Assembly (NCBI GenBank): GCA_017481595.1
Contig: JAFUOY010000014.1
Coordinates: 64,569-128,568 of the forward strand
Source of the DNA: Clostridia bacterium
GTDB taxonomy: Bacteria; Bacillota; Clostridia; Oscillospirales; CAG-272
Reading direction: 5' to 3'
DNA: 64,000 nt
Positions within the stretch are counted from its first letter, which is position 1. Every line of letters begins with the position of its first letter. Below are positions 1 through 8,850 of the stretch, piece after piece. The notes under the pieces were generated by a model. That model searched no databases. It was not told the DNA's origin and saw nothing but the letters and a program-made list of their open reading frames with translations. The position numbers and the translations under genes are program-made.

Positions 1-886
1 TCTCGACATTATTCATACGCAAGTACGCATCCGCGAGAATAATGTAAGTATCCCCCGAATCAAAGTCGTGATATGAAGGAAGATATCTGCCGTTGAACAT
101 CATATCAAAAGCGTCGGTCGTCCTTTCAAGAATCTCTATAGCTTCTTCGTATCTGCCAATATTTATATAAGATTTACCAAGTCTGATAACACTATCAGAA
201 AGTGCTTGCAATATATAGTCATTATTTGCGCAAAGATTTTTTATTTCATTACGGTAGTCCCCCATAGTTTCATGTATATAAGCCATGTGAGAGAATAACG
301 TAAAATCCGATCTTTCGGGAAAATTTTCTGCTTCAACAAACGCGCTATCATAATCTTTTTTTGATAAATATATAAAAACAAGGATTTCGCTTGCCCTTAA
401 AGTATCCGTCATATTTTTTGAATAAGTAATAATTTGCTTTGCGCGTTTTTCCGTTTCATCCGATATTTTGTCCGCTCTTTCCTTACAATAAAGCCAGCCA
501 TTTTGAGGTAAAGCCAATGATATTCCCAAATTCACAGACTCATTTAATAAAAAAAGATTATTCGGATATGATTTAAGTCCGTCAGCCACAATATCATATG
601 CTTCAAGGTAGGTATCTAAAATTCCGTATTTTCTCATTTCGTATGATTTATTTATTATTTTCAATGCTTCCTCATCCGCATCTCTGCCTACCATATCAAA
701 CAGAACGTCAGTAGATATTCCAAAAGCCCTTGCAATAGGTACAATTTGGGAAAGATCAGGATAACCTACTTCTCTTTCCCATTTTGAAATGGCTTGCGGG
801 GTTACATATATAAGATCGGCAAGCTCCTCCTGAGTTATATTTTTTTGCTTTCTCAATTCACGTATTACTTGTCCTATAGATTTCAT
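1..886 (-). CDS. XRE-family HTH regulator with TPR-like helical-repeat domain (C-terminus lies beyond window edge)
   Basis: Absent from the ORF track because it leaves the window. My reverse translation from ATG at 886 gives MKSIGQVIRELRKQKNITQEELADLIYVTPQAISKWEREVGYPDLSQIVPIARAFGISTDVLFD, an HTH_3 motif. AAGGAG lies 7 nt upstream. Same architecture as 1005..1787 (shared YPNN repeat region). Confidence 0.8.
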   Translation of the reverse strand, partial: MKSIGQVIRELRKQKNITQEELADLIYVTPQAISKWEREVGYPDLSQIVPIARAFGISTDVLFDMVGRDADEEALKIINKSYEMRKYGILDTYLEAYDIVADGLKSYPNNLFLLNESVNLGISLALPQNGWLYCKERADKISDETEKRAKQIITYSKNMTDTLRASEILVFIYLSKKDYDSAFVEAENFPERSDFTLFSHMAYIHETMGDYRNEIKNLCANNDYILQALSDSVIRLGKSYINIGRYEEAIEILERTTDAFDMMFNGRYLPSYHDFDSGDTYIILADAYLRMNNVE

Positions 887-969
887 AAGATCACTCCTTA
901 TTTACTTAATCGGTACCGTAATTATATTTTAACACAACAATTATACAATATTAAGATACACAAAAGCAA

Positions 970-1000
970 GTCCCAACTAAACGAAGCGTTTAGTTGGGAC
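970..1000 (-). terminator. Hairpin terminator after the 1005..1787 gene
   Basis: Perfect 13-bp inverted repeat GTCCCAACTAAAC/GTTTAGTTGGGAC with a 5-nt loop, starting 5 nt past the stop codon. T-rich flanks on both strands. Confidence 0.6.
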
Positions 1001-1004
1001 GATT

Positions 1005-1787
1005 TTATTTTTTGCTCATTCTTTCTATTTGCTTGTTGAAATAGCTAACGTAAGGATCAAACGATCTGTTATCAAGAATTTTTATAAGCTCCAATGCCGC
1101 CTTGGTTTCCTTTATTGCGCTGTCTGTATCTTTTTGCTCCTCATAGCTTTCTGCAATTTTCCACATCATTTGAATAAGTATTTCAAAAGATATCCATTTT
1201 TCTTTGTTGGCAACCTCATACTTTTCTTCTCCGCTCAAAAGGAACGCAAGCTCACTTAACTTGGAAAAGTAAATTTCGGGAATTTGTTCAAGAGCCTTTC
1301 TCGCGCTATCAAGCTCCCCCTTTTCCTTGTAAGCATAGGACAAAAATCTTAACGCATCATATTTTATTTCATTGTCCTTCGTTCTTTCAATAAGGTCACT
1401 TGCTATTTTAATAGTAAGGTCGGGCTCTTTGCGGCAGTTTATAACGTACAAAAGATTATTTAAGAGTATTTCATTGTTAGGATATTTCCTCAGTCCTTCC
1501 TCAATGATCTCTCTACCCTTTTTATAATCCGTTTCCCTGTATTTATAAGCTTCATCAGTAATTTTTTCAACTTCCTTCTCGATTTCCTTAAGGTTGAAAT
1601 CAAATATTTCATCCATAGAAACGCCAAAGAATGATGCAAGCACGGGCATCATAGTAATATCGGGAAGTGCCAAATCATTTTCCCATTTGCTTATCGCCTG
1701 AAATGATATATTTATCTTTTCCGCAAGCTGCTCCTGGGTAAGTCCTCTGCTTTTTCTAAGCTCTTTTATTTTGTTTCCTAAATTCAT
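1005..1787 (-). CDS. XRE-family HTH regulator with TPR-like C-terminal domain
   Basis: ORF track 1005..1799. LGNKIKELRKSRGLTQEQLAEKINISFQAISKWENDLALPDI is an HTH_3 motif, and the rest is helical repeat (YPNNEILLNNLLYV, AYKEKGELDSARKALE). Start moved to MNLGNK (ATG 1787) because GGAGGA sits immediately upstream. Confidence 0.8.
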   Translation of the reverse strand: MNLGNKIKELRKSRGLTQEQLAEKINISFQAISKWENDLALPDITMMPVLASFFGVSMDEIFDFNLKEIEKEVEKITDEAYKYRETDYKKGREIIEEGLRKYPNNEILLNNLLYVINCRKEPDLTIKIASDLIERTKDNEIKYDALRFLSYAYKEKGELDSARKALEQIPEIYFSKLSELAFLLSGEEKYEVANKEKWISFEILIQMMWKIAESYEEQKDTDSAIKETKAALELIKILDNRSFDPYVSYFNKQIERMSKK

Positions 1788-1999
1788 AAAGTCCTCCAAA
1801 ATTATTTCTGTAAGCTTACAACTTTATTATAAACCATATTTTGAAAAGATTCAATAACTCTTTGGATTAAGAAATTCAACTGACAGTGGAAAAAATTTTG
1901 CTTAATGATTTAGAGGTGTTATTTTTCCTTTAAGTATTGCTTATATAAAAAAATTATGATAAAATAATTAAAATAGCTTTTGTTTGTGGAGGTACAATT

Positions 2000-3724
2000 T
2001 TGAAAAAGCTGTTAGTACATATGAAGGGATATACAAAGGAATGTATAATAAGCCCTCTTTTCAAGCTTCTTGAGGCTTGCTTTGAGTTGCTTGTGCCGTT
2101 TCTTGTTGCCAATATAGTTGATATAGGTATTGCAAACCACGATAAGCCGTACGTTGTAAGAATGTGCATAATTATGGCAATATTCGGCTTTGTAGGTCTT
2201 ACCTGCTCTCTTATTGCCCAATATTTTGCAGCTAAGGCTGCGGTAGGCTTTTCCACTAAGGTAAAGCATTCCTTGTTTGCCCACATTCAGACTCTTTCTT
2301 ACTCTGAAATAGACACTCTCGGTACGTCCACCCTGATAACCAGAATGACAAGCGATATGAATCAGATACAAAACGGTGTTAACCTTACTCTCCGTTTGTT
2401 TATGCGTTCTCCGTTTATTGTATTCGGCGCTATGGCAATGGCGTTTATCGTAGATAAAAATGCCGCTTACGTATTCGCGGTTACCATTCCGATTTTGTCC
2501 TTGGTAGTATTTGGAATTATGCTGTCTACCATTCCTCTTTATAAAAAGGTACAAGGCAAGCTTGACCGCGTTCTCGGAATTACAAGAGAAAATTTACAGG
2601 GCGTAAGAGTTATAAGAGCCTTTGGACAGGAAAAGGAAGAGGAAGAAAAGTTCAAGTCCGCCACCAAAGAGCTTAACGTAGCGCAAAAATTCGTAGGTAA
2701 GATCTCCGCTCTTATGAATCCCATGACCTACGCAATACTTAATATTGCAATTTCCGTTCTTATCTGGAAGGGCGCCATCAGAGTCAATATGGGCGACCTT
2801 ACACAGGGTGAGGTCATTGCTCTTTACAATTTGATGTCACAGATACTTGTAGAGCTTATTAAGCTTGCAAACCTCATAATCAGTATTACAAAGGCGGTTG
2901 CATGCGGAAACAGAGTGCAGTCCGTTTTTGAGATCAAATCTTCTCTTAAAGGCGCAGACACCGTTCCCGAGGAGGTAGAAACACCCTACTCCGTTGAATT
3001 TAACGATGCAACCTTAAAATACGTTACCTCCAACGAGCCATCCCTTGAAAATATAGATTTCAAAATAAAAAAGGGACAAACCGTTGGTATTATCGGAGGA
3101 ACAGGATCGGGAAAAACCTCTCTTGTTAACCTTATAAGCAGATTTTATGACGTTACGGACGGCGAGGTCAAGGTAAACGGTATAAACGTAAAGGATTATC
3201 CTCTTGATACCTTGCGTGAAAAGATAGGAGTAGTTCCTCAAAAGGCAGTTTTGTTCCGCGGATCTATTAAGGATAATATGAAATGGGGCAACAAAAACGC
3301 AAGTGATGAGGACATTCTTAAGGCTATTGAGCAGGCGCAGGCTACAGACGTTTTAGCATCAAAGCCCGACGGATTGGATTCTTACATAGAGCAAGGCGGT
3401 AAAAACCTTTCAGGCGGTCAAAGACAGCGCTTTACAATTGCAAGAGCCCTTGTAAAAAAGCCCGAAATACTTATATTGGACGATAGCGCCTCCGCTCTTG
3501 ATTTTGCCACGGATGCGGCTCTTCGCTCCTCCATTTCAAAAATAGATCACTCTCCTACTGTATTTATCGTTTCTCAAAGAACTGCGTCTATCATGCACTC
3601 CGACGTGATAATAGTTCTTGATGACGGAAAAATTGCAGGAATCGGTAAGCACGAGGAGCTGCTAGAGGGCTGTATTGTGTACTCTGAAATATACAACTCC
3701 CAGTTCAGAAAGGAGAATGTATAA
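2000..3724 (+). CDS. ABC exporter, fused permease-ATPase, degenerate-site subunit of a heterodimer
   Basis: TM-rich N-half. Walker A GGTGSGKTS, signature LSGGQRQR, Walker B ILILDDSASALD (D in place of the catalytic E), switch loop FIVSQR (Q in place of H). TTG start with GGAGG 7 nt upstream. Confidence 0.85.
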   Translation: MKKLLVHMKGYTKECIISPLFKLLEACFELLVPFLVANIVDIGIANHDKPYVVRMCIIMAIFGFVGLTCSLIAQYFAAKAAVGFSTKVKHSLFAHIQTLSYSEIDTLGTSTLITRMTSDMNQIQNGVNLTLRLFMRSPFIVFGAMAMAFIVDKNAAYVFAVTIPILSLVVFGIMLSTIPLYKKVQGKLDRVLGITRENLQGVRVIRAFGQEKEEEEKFKSATKELNVAQKFVGKISALMNPMTYAILNIAISVLIWKGAIRVNMGDLTQGEVIALYNLMSQILVELIKLANLIISITKAVACGNRVQSVFEIKSSLKGADTVPEEVETPYSVEFNDATLKYVTSNEPSLENIDFKIKKGQTVGIIGGTGSGKTSLVNLISRFYDVTDGEVKVNGINVKDYPLDTLREKIGVVPQKAVLFRGSIKDNMKWGNKNASDEDILKAIEQAQATDVLASKPDGLDSYIEQGGKNLSGGQRQRFTIARALVKKPEILILDDSASALDFATDAALRSSISKIDHSPTVFIVSQRTASIMHSDVIIVLDDGKIAGIGKHEELLEGCIVYSEIYNSQFRKENV

Positions 3725-5499
3725 TGAAAGCAAAAAAGTCAAAGAAAAATAACGTAAAAGCATCCACCCTGAAGCAAGTGCTTCATTATGTAAAAAGCTA
3801 TAGATTATTGCTTGCTCTGTCCATTATATTTTCAACGGTATCCGTTGCGTTGACCCTTTATATTCCAATAATAATCGGTAAAGCCATTGACCTTATAATC
3901 GGCAAGGACAACGTAATGCTTGATGCGGTTTTGGAGCTTCTTGTAAATGCGGGAATTATAGCTCTTATAATCGGCATTTTACAGTGGATCATTAACAATA
4001 TAAACAACAAGATCACCTATAACGTAATTAAAAAGGTCCGCGACGAGGCTTTTGAAAAGATTGAAAAATTGCCTCTTAAGTACATTGACTCCAATTCCTA
4101 CGGAGAAACGGTCAACAAGGTAATAAATGACGTTGACCAGTTTGCAGACGGACTTTTAATGGGATTTACTCAGTTCTTTACCGGTATAGTTACAATACTC
4201 GGAACGCTTGTATTTATGCTAACAATAAGCATAAAAATAACCGCTATAGTAGTTGTACTGACCCCTTTATCCCTTTTCGTTGCAAGCTTTATTGCAAAAA
4301 ATACGTATAAGCTTTTCCATACCCAGTCAAAGACAAGAGCTGAGCAAACCGCCCTTATTGACGAAATGATCTCAAATCAGAAGGTCGTTAAGGCATTTGC
4401 CCACGAGGATGAGGCTATGGAGGAGTTTGATGAGATAAATAACAGACTTCAAAAATGCTCCGTTAAGGCTATATTCTTCTCTTCCCTGGTAAACCCAACA
4501 ACGAGATTTATTAACTCCCTCGTTTACACGGCGGTTGCGTTATTCGGCGCATTTATAGTTATCAACAATGGCGAAGCGGTTTTGAGCATAGGCGCTTTAT
4601 CCTGTATTTTAAGCTACGCCACACAGTACGCAAAGCCGTTTAACGAGATATCGGGCATTATAAGCGAGCTTCAGAATGCCCTTGCCTGCGCGTCAAGAAT
4701 ATTTGAATTTATAAACGAAGATAGCGAAATTCCCGAAAAAAGCGACGCAATCGTGCTAAATGACGCACAAGGTAACATAGATATAGAAAACGTAAGCTTT
4801 TCATATACCGAGGAGCAAAGGCTTATTGAAAATTTCAATCTCAAAGCCAAAAAAGGTCAAAGAATAGCGATAGTCGGTCCTACGGGATGCGGAAAAACCA
4901 CGTTTATCAATCTTCTTATGAGATTTTACGACGTTAATAGCGGCTCTATCTCCGTTGACGGCAACGACATAAGAGATATGACAAGAAATTCTTTGCGAAA
5001 AAGCTACGGTATGGTGTTACAGGACACGTGGATAAGAAACGGAACTGTAAAGGAGAATATTGCCATCGGTATGCCCGACGCCACGAATGAAGAAATTATC
5101 GCGGCGGCAAAATCCTCCCACGCACACAGCTTTATAAAGAGATTGCCTAACGGATACGATACTGTCCTTACGGAAAACGGATCCATTCTTTCACAGGGAC
5201 AAAAGCAGCTTTTATGTATTGCAAGAATTATGCTGTGCCTGCCTCCTATGCTTATACTTGACGAGGCAACGTCTTCCATAGATACCCGTACGGAAATTAA
5301 AATCCAGGAAGCATTTGCAAAGCTTATGAAGGGCAGAACTTCATTTATAGTTGCCCACCGCCTTTCCACGATAAGGGAAGCCGACCTTATACTCGTTATG
5401 AATAATGGACAGATAATCGAGCAAGGAACACACGATTCTCTGCTTGACAAAAAAGGCTTTTATTACAAGCTGTACAATAGCCAATTTGAATCAATTTAA
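3724..5499 (+). CDS. ABC exporter, fused permease-ATPase, consensus-site subunit of a heterodimer
   Basis: Walker A GPTGCGKTT, deviant signature LSQGQKQL, Walker B MLILDEATSSID, H-loop FIVAHRLS. Start overlaps the upstream stop by 1 nt (TAATG). Confidence 0.85.
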   Translation: MKAKKSKKNNVKASTLKQVLHYVKSYRLLLALSIIFSTVSVALTLYIPIIIGKAIDLIIGKDNVMLDAVLELLVNAGIIALIIGILQWIINNINNKITYNVIKKVRDEAFEKIEKLPLKYIDSNSYGETVNKVINDVDQFADGLLMGFTQFFTGIVTILGTLVFMLTISIKITAIVVVLTPLSLFVASFIAKNTYKLFHTQSKTRAEQTALIDEMISNQKVVKAFAHEDEAMEEFDEINNRLQKCSVKAIFFSSLVNPTTRFINSLVYTAVALFGAFIVINNGEAVLSIGALSCILSYATQYAKPFNEISGIISELQNALACASRIFEFINEDSEIPEKSDAIVLNDAQGNIDIENVSFSYTEEQRLIENFNLKAKKGQRIAIVGPTGCGKTTFINLLMRFYDVNSGSISVDGNDIRDMTRNSLRKSYGMVLQDTWIRNGTVKENIAIGMPDATNEEIIAAAKSSHAHSFIKRLPNGYDTVLTENGSILSQGQKQLLCIARIMLCLPPMLILDEATSSIDTRTEIKIQEAFAKLMKGRTSFIVAHRLSTIREADLILVMNNGQIIEQGTHDSLLDKKGFYYKLYNSQFESI

Positions 5500-5514
5500 T
5501 ATACAGGAGGCATT

Positions 5515-6309
5515 ATGTCAAACCCTAACCAAAGCAAAAAAATCAAGCATTCCTTCGTATTGATGGCAATACTGTTTTGCTTGTGCGGATTATTAATTTT
5601 GTTATTCCCCTATAATTCCTTAATCGCAATAGGCATTATTATAGGCATAACGGTACTTGTGACAGGTATAATACAGATCGTAAGATTACTTATATCAGAT
5701 CAACGAGGCGGTGAATTTGCCGCTTCCATAGTATCGTCCGTGTTTACGATCATATGCTCCATCGTTATAATGATCTTTTCAAAAAGCATTATGCCCTATC
5801 TTCCTATGATCTTAGGCTTATTTATAATAATTGACGGCGCGTTCAAAATAGATACCTCGTTGTGTGCAAAAAGCTACCGTTTAAAGTCCTGGTTCTTATT
5901 ATTTCTTATAGCAGGCTTTACCATATTCTGTGGATTTTTGTGTGTAAGAATAAAGGTAAGCATTACTAACGTGGGACTAATATCCTCCCTTGTGGGTCTT
6001 GCTATATTTATGTGCGGCTTTCAAAACATATTTGCTCCTATATACATGGGCAAAATCGAGGCCCGCGCTAAAGAGGAGATCAAAAAGAGAGCTGAAAAGA
6101 TGATCGAGGACGAAATGATGGAGGAAATGTTTGATGAAGCAGATAAAGGCTCCAACGATGACGGTTTAACGGATGAAACCGAAATTTCCACCATTGACGT
6201 TTATACAGACTTTAATGAATCGTATAATGATACTTATGAAGACCCTTACAGCGAACCATCAGAAGAGCCTTACGAGCAAAATGATTTAAAATCCGAAGAA
6301 AACGAATAA
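5515..6309 (+). CDS. Polytopic membrane protein (HdeD/DUF308-like hydrophobic repeats) with a strongly acidic C-terminal tail
   Basis: 264-aa ORF with AGGAGG upstream. About 6 hydrophobic segments, then a D/E-rich tail (DEMMEEMFDEADKGSNDDGLTDETE...). The family assignment is tentative. Confidence 0.55.
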   Translation: MSNPNQSKKIKHSFVLMAILFCLCGLLILLFPYNSLIAIGIIIGITVLVTGIIQIVRLLISDQRGGEFAASIVSSVFTIICSIVIMIFSKSIMPYLPMILGLFIIIDGAFKIDTSLCAKSYRLKSWFLLFLIAGFTIFCGFLCVRIKVSITNVGLISSLVGLAIFMCGFQNIFAPIYMGKIEARAKEEIKKRAEKMIEDEMMEEMFDEADKGSNDDGLTDETEISTIDVYTDFNESYNDTYEDPYSEPSEEPYEQNDLKSEENE

Positions 6310-6310
6310 A

Positions 6311-6339
6311 AAAATGCGGCAATTTTGCCGCATTTTTTA
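6311..6339. terminator. Bidirectional hairpin terminator between convergent genes
   Basis: ATGCGGCAATTTTGCCGCAT hairpin flanked by an A-run and a T-run. It sits between the stop at 6309 (+) and the stop at 6337 (-). Confidence 0.75.
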
Positions 6340-7023
6340 TTTAAATTCAGTAAGATCCTCACAAAGCATACGCTTTCTCATAATGGAGTAATATTCTTCA
6401 ACAGGGGAAGAATTAAGAAGATTGGTATTGGACCTTATAGCCTCTATTACAAGCTCGGGATTTATATTTTTGTCCCCGCCGCCGCAAAGAACAGTATATA
6501 TTTTTATCCTTCCGTCCTCATTCTTAACGGAAACGGATCTGATATAATCACGAACGTTGATCTCCTTCTCCGTTCCCTTGGACTTTTTAATAACGTATAC
6601 GTCCTTTGAAAGAAGCTCTTCTATTTCATTTGCAGTATTTTCACCCACGTTAGGTGAGGTAATTTCCATTTCGTAATCGATGTATACTATGTTTTTGAGC
6701 TTTACCTCGGGTACGTAAACGTCAATTATCTTCATTTCGTCGGGGAAATTTGCAGACAGACGGGATGCGATCTCCTCGCAGCTCATATATGAATTTATCT
6801 TTATGTCCATAAATTCACATTCGCTTTCCACACCTACGGGAAGGGGCACTGCAAACACTATCTTTGGCTGAGGGTTAAAGCCCTCGGTATACCAAATATC
6901 TATCCCTGCACGAAGCATAATTCTCTGCATTGTTTTTGCAGTATCAAGGTGGGAAACGTACATAAGCGAGCCGTACTTTTTAAACTTGATTCTTATTGGA
7001 ATTATTTCATTTTGGGGCACCAT
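6337..7023 (-). CDS. TIGR03936/DUF2344-family radical-SAM-associated protein
   Basis: N-terminus IRIKFKKYGSLMYVSHLDTAKTMQRIMLRAGIDIWYTEGFNPQPKIVFAVPLPVGVES is the family hallmark as I recall it. It overlaps the upstream radical SAM gene by 22 nt. Confidence 0.75.
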   Translation of the reverse strand: MVPQNEIIPIRIKFKKYGSLMYVSHLDTAKTMQRIMLRAGIDIWYTEGFNPQPKIVFAVPLPVGVESECEFMDIKINSYMSCEEIASRLSANFPDEMKIIDVYVPEVKLKNIVYIDYEMEITSPNVGENTANEIEELLSKDVYVIKKSKGTEKEINVRDYIRSVSVKNEDGRIKIYTVLCGGGDKNINPELVIEAIRSNTNLLNSSPVEEYYSIMRKRMLCEDLTEFK

Positions 7024-8849
7024 GTCACATCTCCTCCCAATTTATTTGCTCCACAGCCTGAGCATTTTTCCTTACAGTTAGGAGTGGTCTTATTTTCGTA
7101 AGCCTTTTTGCTTTCGGAAATAAGGAACGACTTGCTTACGCCGATATCGATAACGTCCCAAGGAAGTATCTCGTCATATCCGATCCTTCTGTTTGCATAG
7201 AAGGAGGGATCTATACCGCACTTTTCAAAGACGTCCATCCACTTATCGTAATCAAAATATTCATCCCAGGCATCAAAGCGCATACCCTGTCCAACCGCAT
7301 AGGCAATAGCCTTGGAAAGGCGTCTGTCACCCTTTGAGAACACGGCTTCAAGGCGTGATACCCTTGCCTCGTGCCAATTATATCTTATTCTTCTGTCGGC
7401 TATCTTAGTGCCAAGGAAATGCTGCTTATCGCATAGCTCCTCAAGGGAATTCTGAGGCTCCCATTGGAAGGGAGTGTGGGGCTTAGGTACAAAGCAGGAA
7501 ACGCTTACAGTAACGCTTACGGGCTTCTTGGGTCTTACGGGCATTTTATAAAATTCATCAACCACGTGCTTTGCAAGAACAGCAATACCCTCAATATCCT
7601 CGTAGGTTTCCGTTGGCAAGCCATTCATAAAGTAAAGCTTAACAAGGCTCTTTCCACCCTCAAATGCCAATCTTACGGCATTCATAAGGTCACTCTCGTA
7701 TAAGTTCTTATTTATAGCGTCACGAAGCCTTTGAGTACCTGCCTCGGGAGCAAAGGTAAGACCCGACTGTCTTACTGAGCTTACCTTTTCCATAAGCTCC
7801 TTTGTAAAGCTGTCCGCGCGTAAGGACGGCAAGGAAAGATTTACCTTACAGGGGTTTGTCCATTCAAGCAAAAGATCCGTAGCACTTTCAAGACAGGAAT
7901 AATCGCTTATAGAGAGGGACGTAAGTGAGATCTCATTATATCCCGTGTTTTTGAATATTTCCTTTGCCTGTCTGTTTAGAACCTCCGCATTCTTTTCTCT
8001 TACGGGACGGAATACCATACCCGCCTGACAGAAGCGGCATCCTCTGATGCATCCACGGAAGGTTTCAAGCATAATTCGATCGTGTACGGTTTCTATAAAC
8101 GGCATAACGGGCTTTGTGGGGAAAAAGGAGGTATTAAGATCCTCAACTATTCTCTTTTCAACTCGCTTGGGGACGTCATCATATTTAGGCTCAAAGCACT
8201 TGATAGTCCCGTCCTCGTTATATTCAACGTTATAAAGGGAAGGAACGTAAAAGCCCTTTAAATGAGAAGCCTCGCGAAGGAAGGCAGACTTAGTATAAGT
8301 GCCGTCCTTCTTCATTTTTTGCATAAGGCTGCAAAGCTCGGGCAATGCCTCCTCGCCCTCTCCAATACTGAAAATATCGTAGAAATCAGCAACGGGCTCC
8401 GCATTATACGCGCAGGGTCCGCCTGCAAGCAATACAGGAGAATCTTCTCCTCTGTCCTTAGCAAATATTGGCAGACCCGCAAGGTCTATCATATTTACCG
8501 CGGTGGTGTAGCATAATTCATACTGCAATGAGGTTGCAATAATGTCAAAATCCTTTATCGCATCCTTGCTTTCCAAGGCAAAGAGGGGGATACTGAATTC
8601 CCTCATTTTTTCTTCCATATCGGGCCAGGGCGCATATACTCTTTCACACCATACGCCGTCCATTTCATTAAGAGCCCCATACAATATGCGTACGCCAAGA
8701 TTGGACATACCTATTTCATACGTATCGGGAAAGCAAAAAGCAACGCGAAGATCAACGCTTTTTTTGTCCTTTATTATTTGTCCGTATTCTCCGCCCGTAT
8801 ATCTACCCGGCTTGGATACGGATTTTAAAATTGTACTTAAATTTTGCAT
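7002..8849 (-). CDS. TIGR03960-type radical SAM protein with N-terminal B12-binding-like domain
   Basis: 615 aa. CxxxCxxC cluster motif in GCIRGCRFCQAG. N-terminus KPGRYTGGEYGQI...AFCFPDTYEIGMSNLG is typical of this uncharacterised family. Confidence 0.8.
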   Translation of the reverse strand: MQNLSTILKSVSKPGRYTGGEYGQIIKDKKSVDLRVAFCFPDTYEIGMSNLGVRILYGALNEMDGVWCERVYAPWPDMEEKMREFSIPLFALESKDAIKDFDIIATSLQYELCYTTAVNMIDLAGLPIFAKDRGEDSPVLLAGGPCAYNAEPVADFYDIFSIGEGEEALPELCSLMQKMKKDGTYTKSAFLREASHLKGFYVPSLYNVEYNEDGTIKCFEPKYDDVPKRVEKRIVEDLNTSFFPTKPVMPFIETVHDRIMLETFRGCIRGCRFCQAGMVFRPVREKNAEVLNRQAKEIFKNTGYNEISLTSLSISDYSCLESATDLLLEWTNPCKVNLSLPSLRADSFTKELMEKVSSVRQSGLTFAPEAGTQRLRDAINKNLYESDLMNAVRLAFEGGKSLVKLYFMNGLPTETYEDIEGIAVLAKHVVDEFYKMPVRPKKPVSVTVSVSCFVPKPHTPFQWEPQNSLEELCDKQHFLGTKIADRRIRYNWHEARVSRLEAVFSKGDRRLSKAIAYAVGQGMRFDAWDEYFDYDKWMDVFEKCGIDPSFYANRRIGYDEILPWDVIDIGVSKSFLISESKKAYENKTTPNCKEKCSGCGANKLGGDVTWCPKMK

Positions 8850-8850
8850 T

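Noticed and set aside
794-1259. Plus-strand ORFs of 81 and 76 aa spanning the XRE-gene junction.
   Set aside because: They are antisense to, or overlap, the two XRE genes and the terminator. Their hydrophobic low-complexity translation is typical of AT-rich antisense frames.
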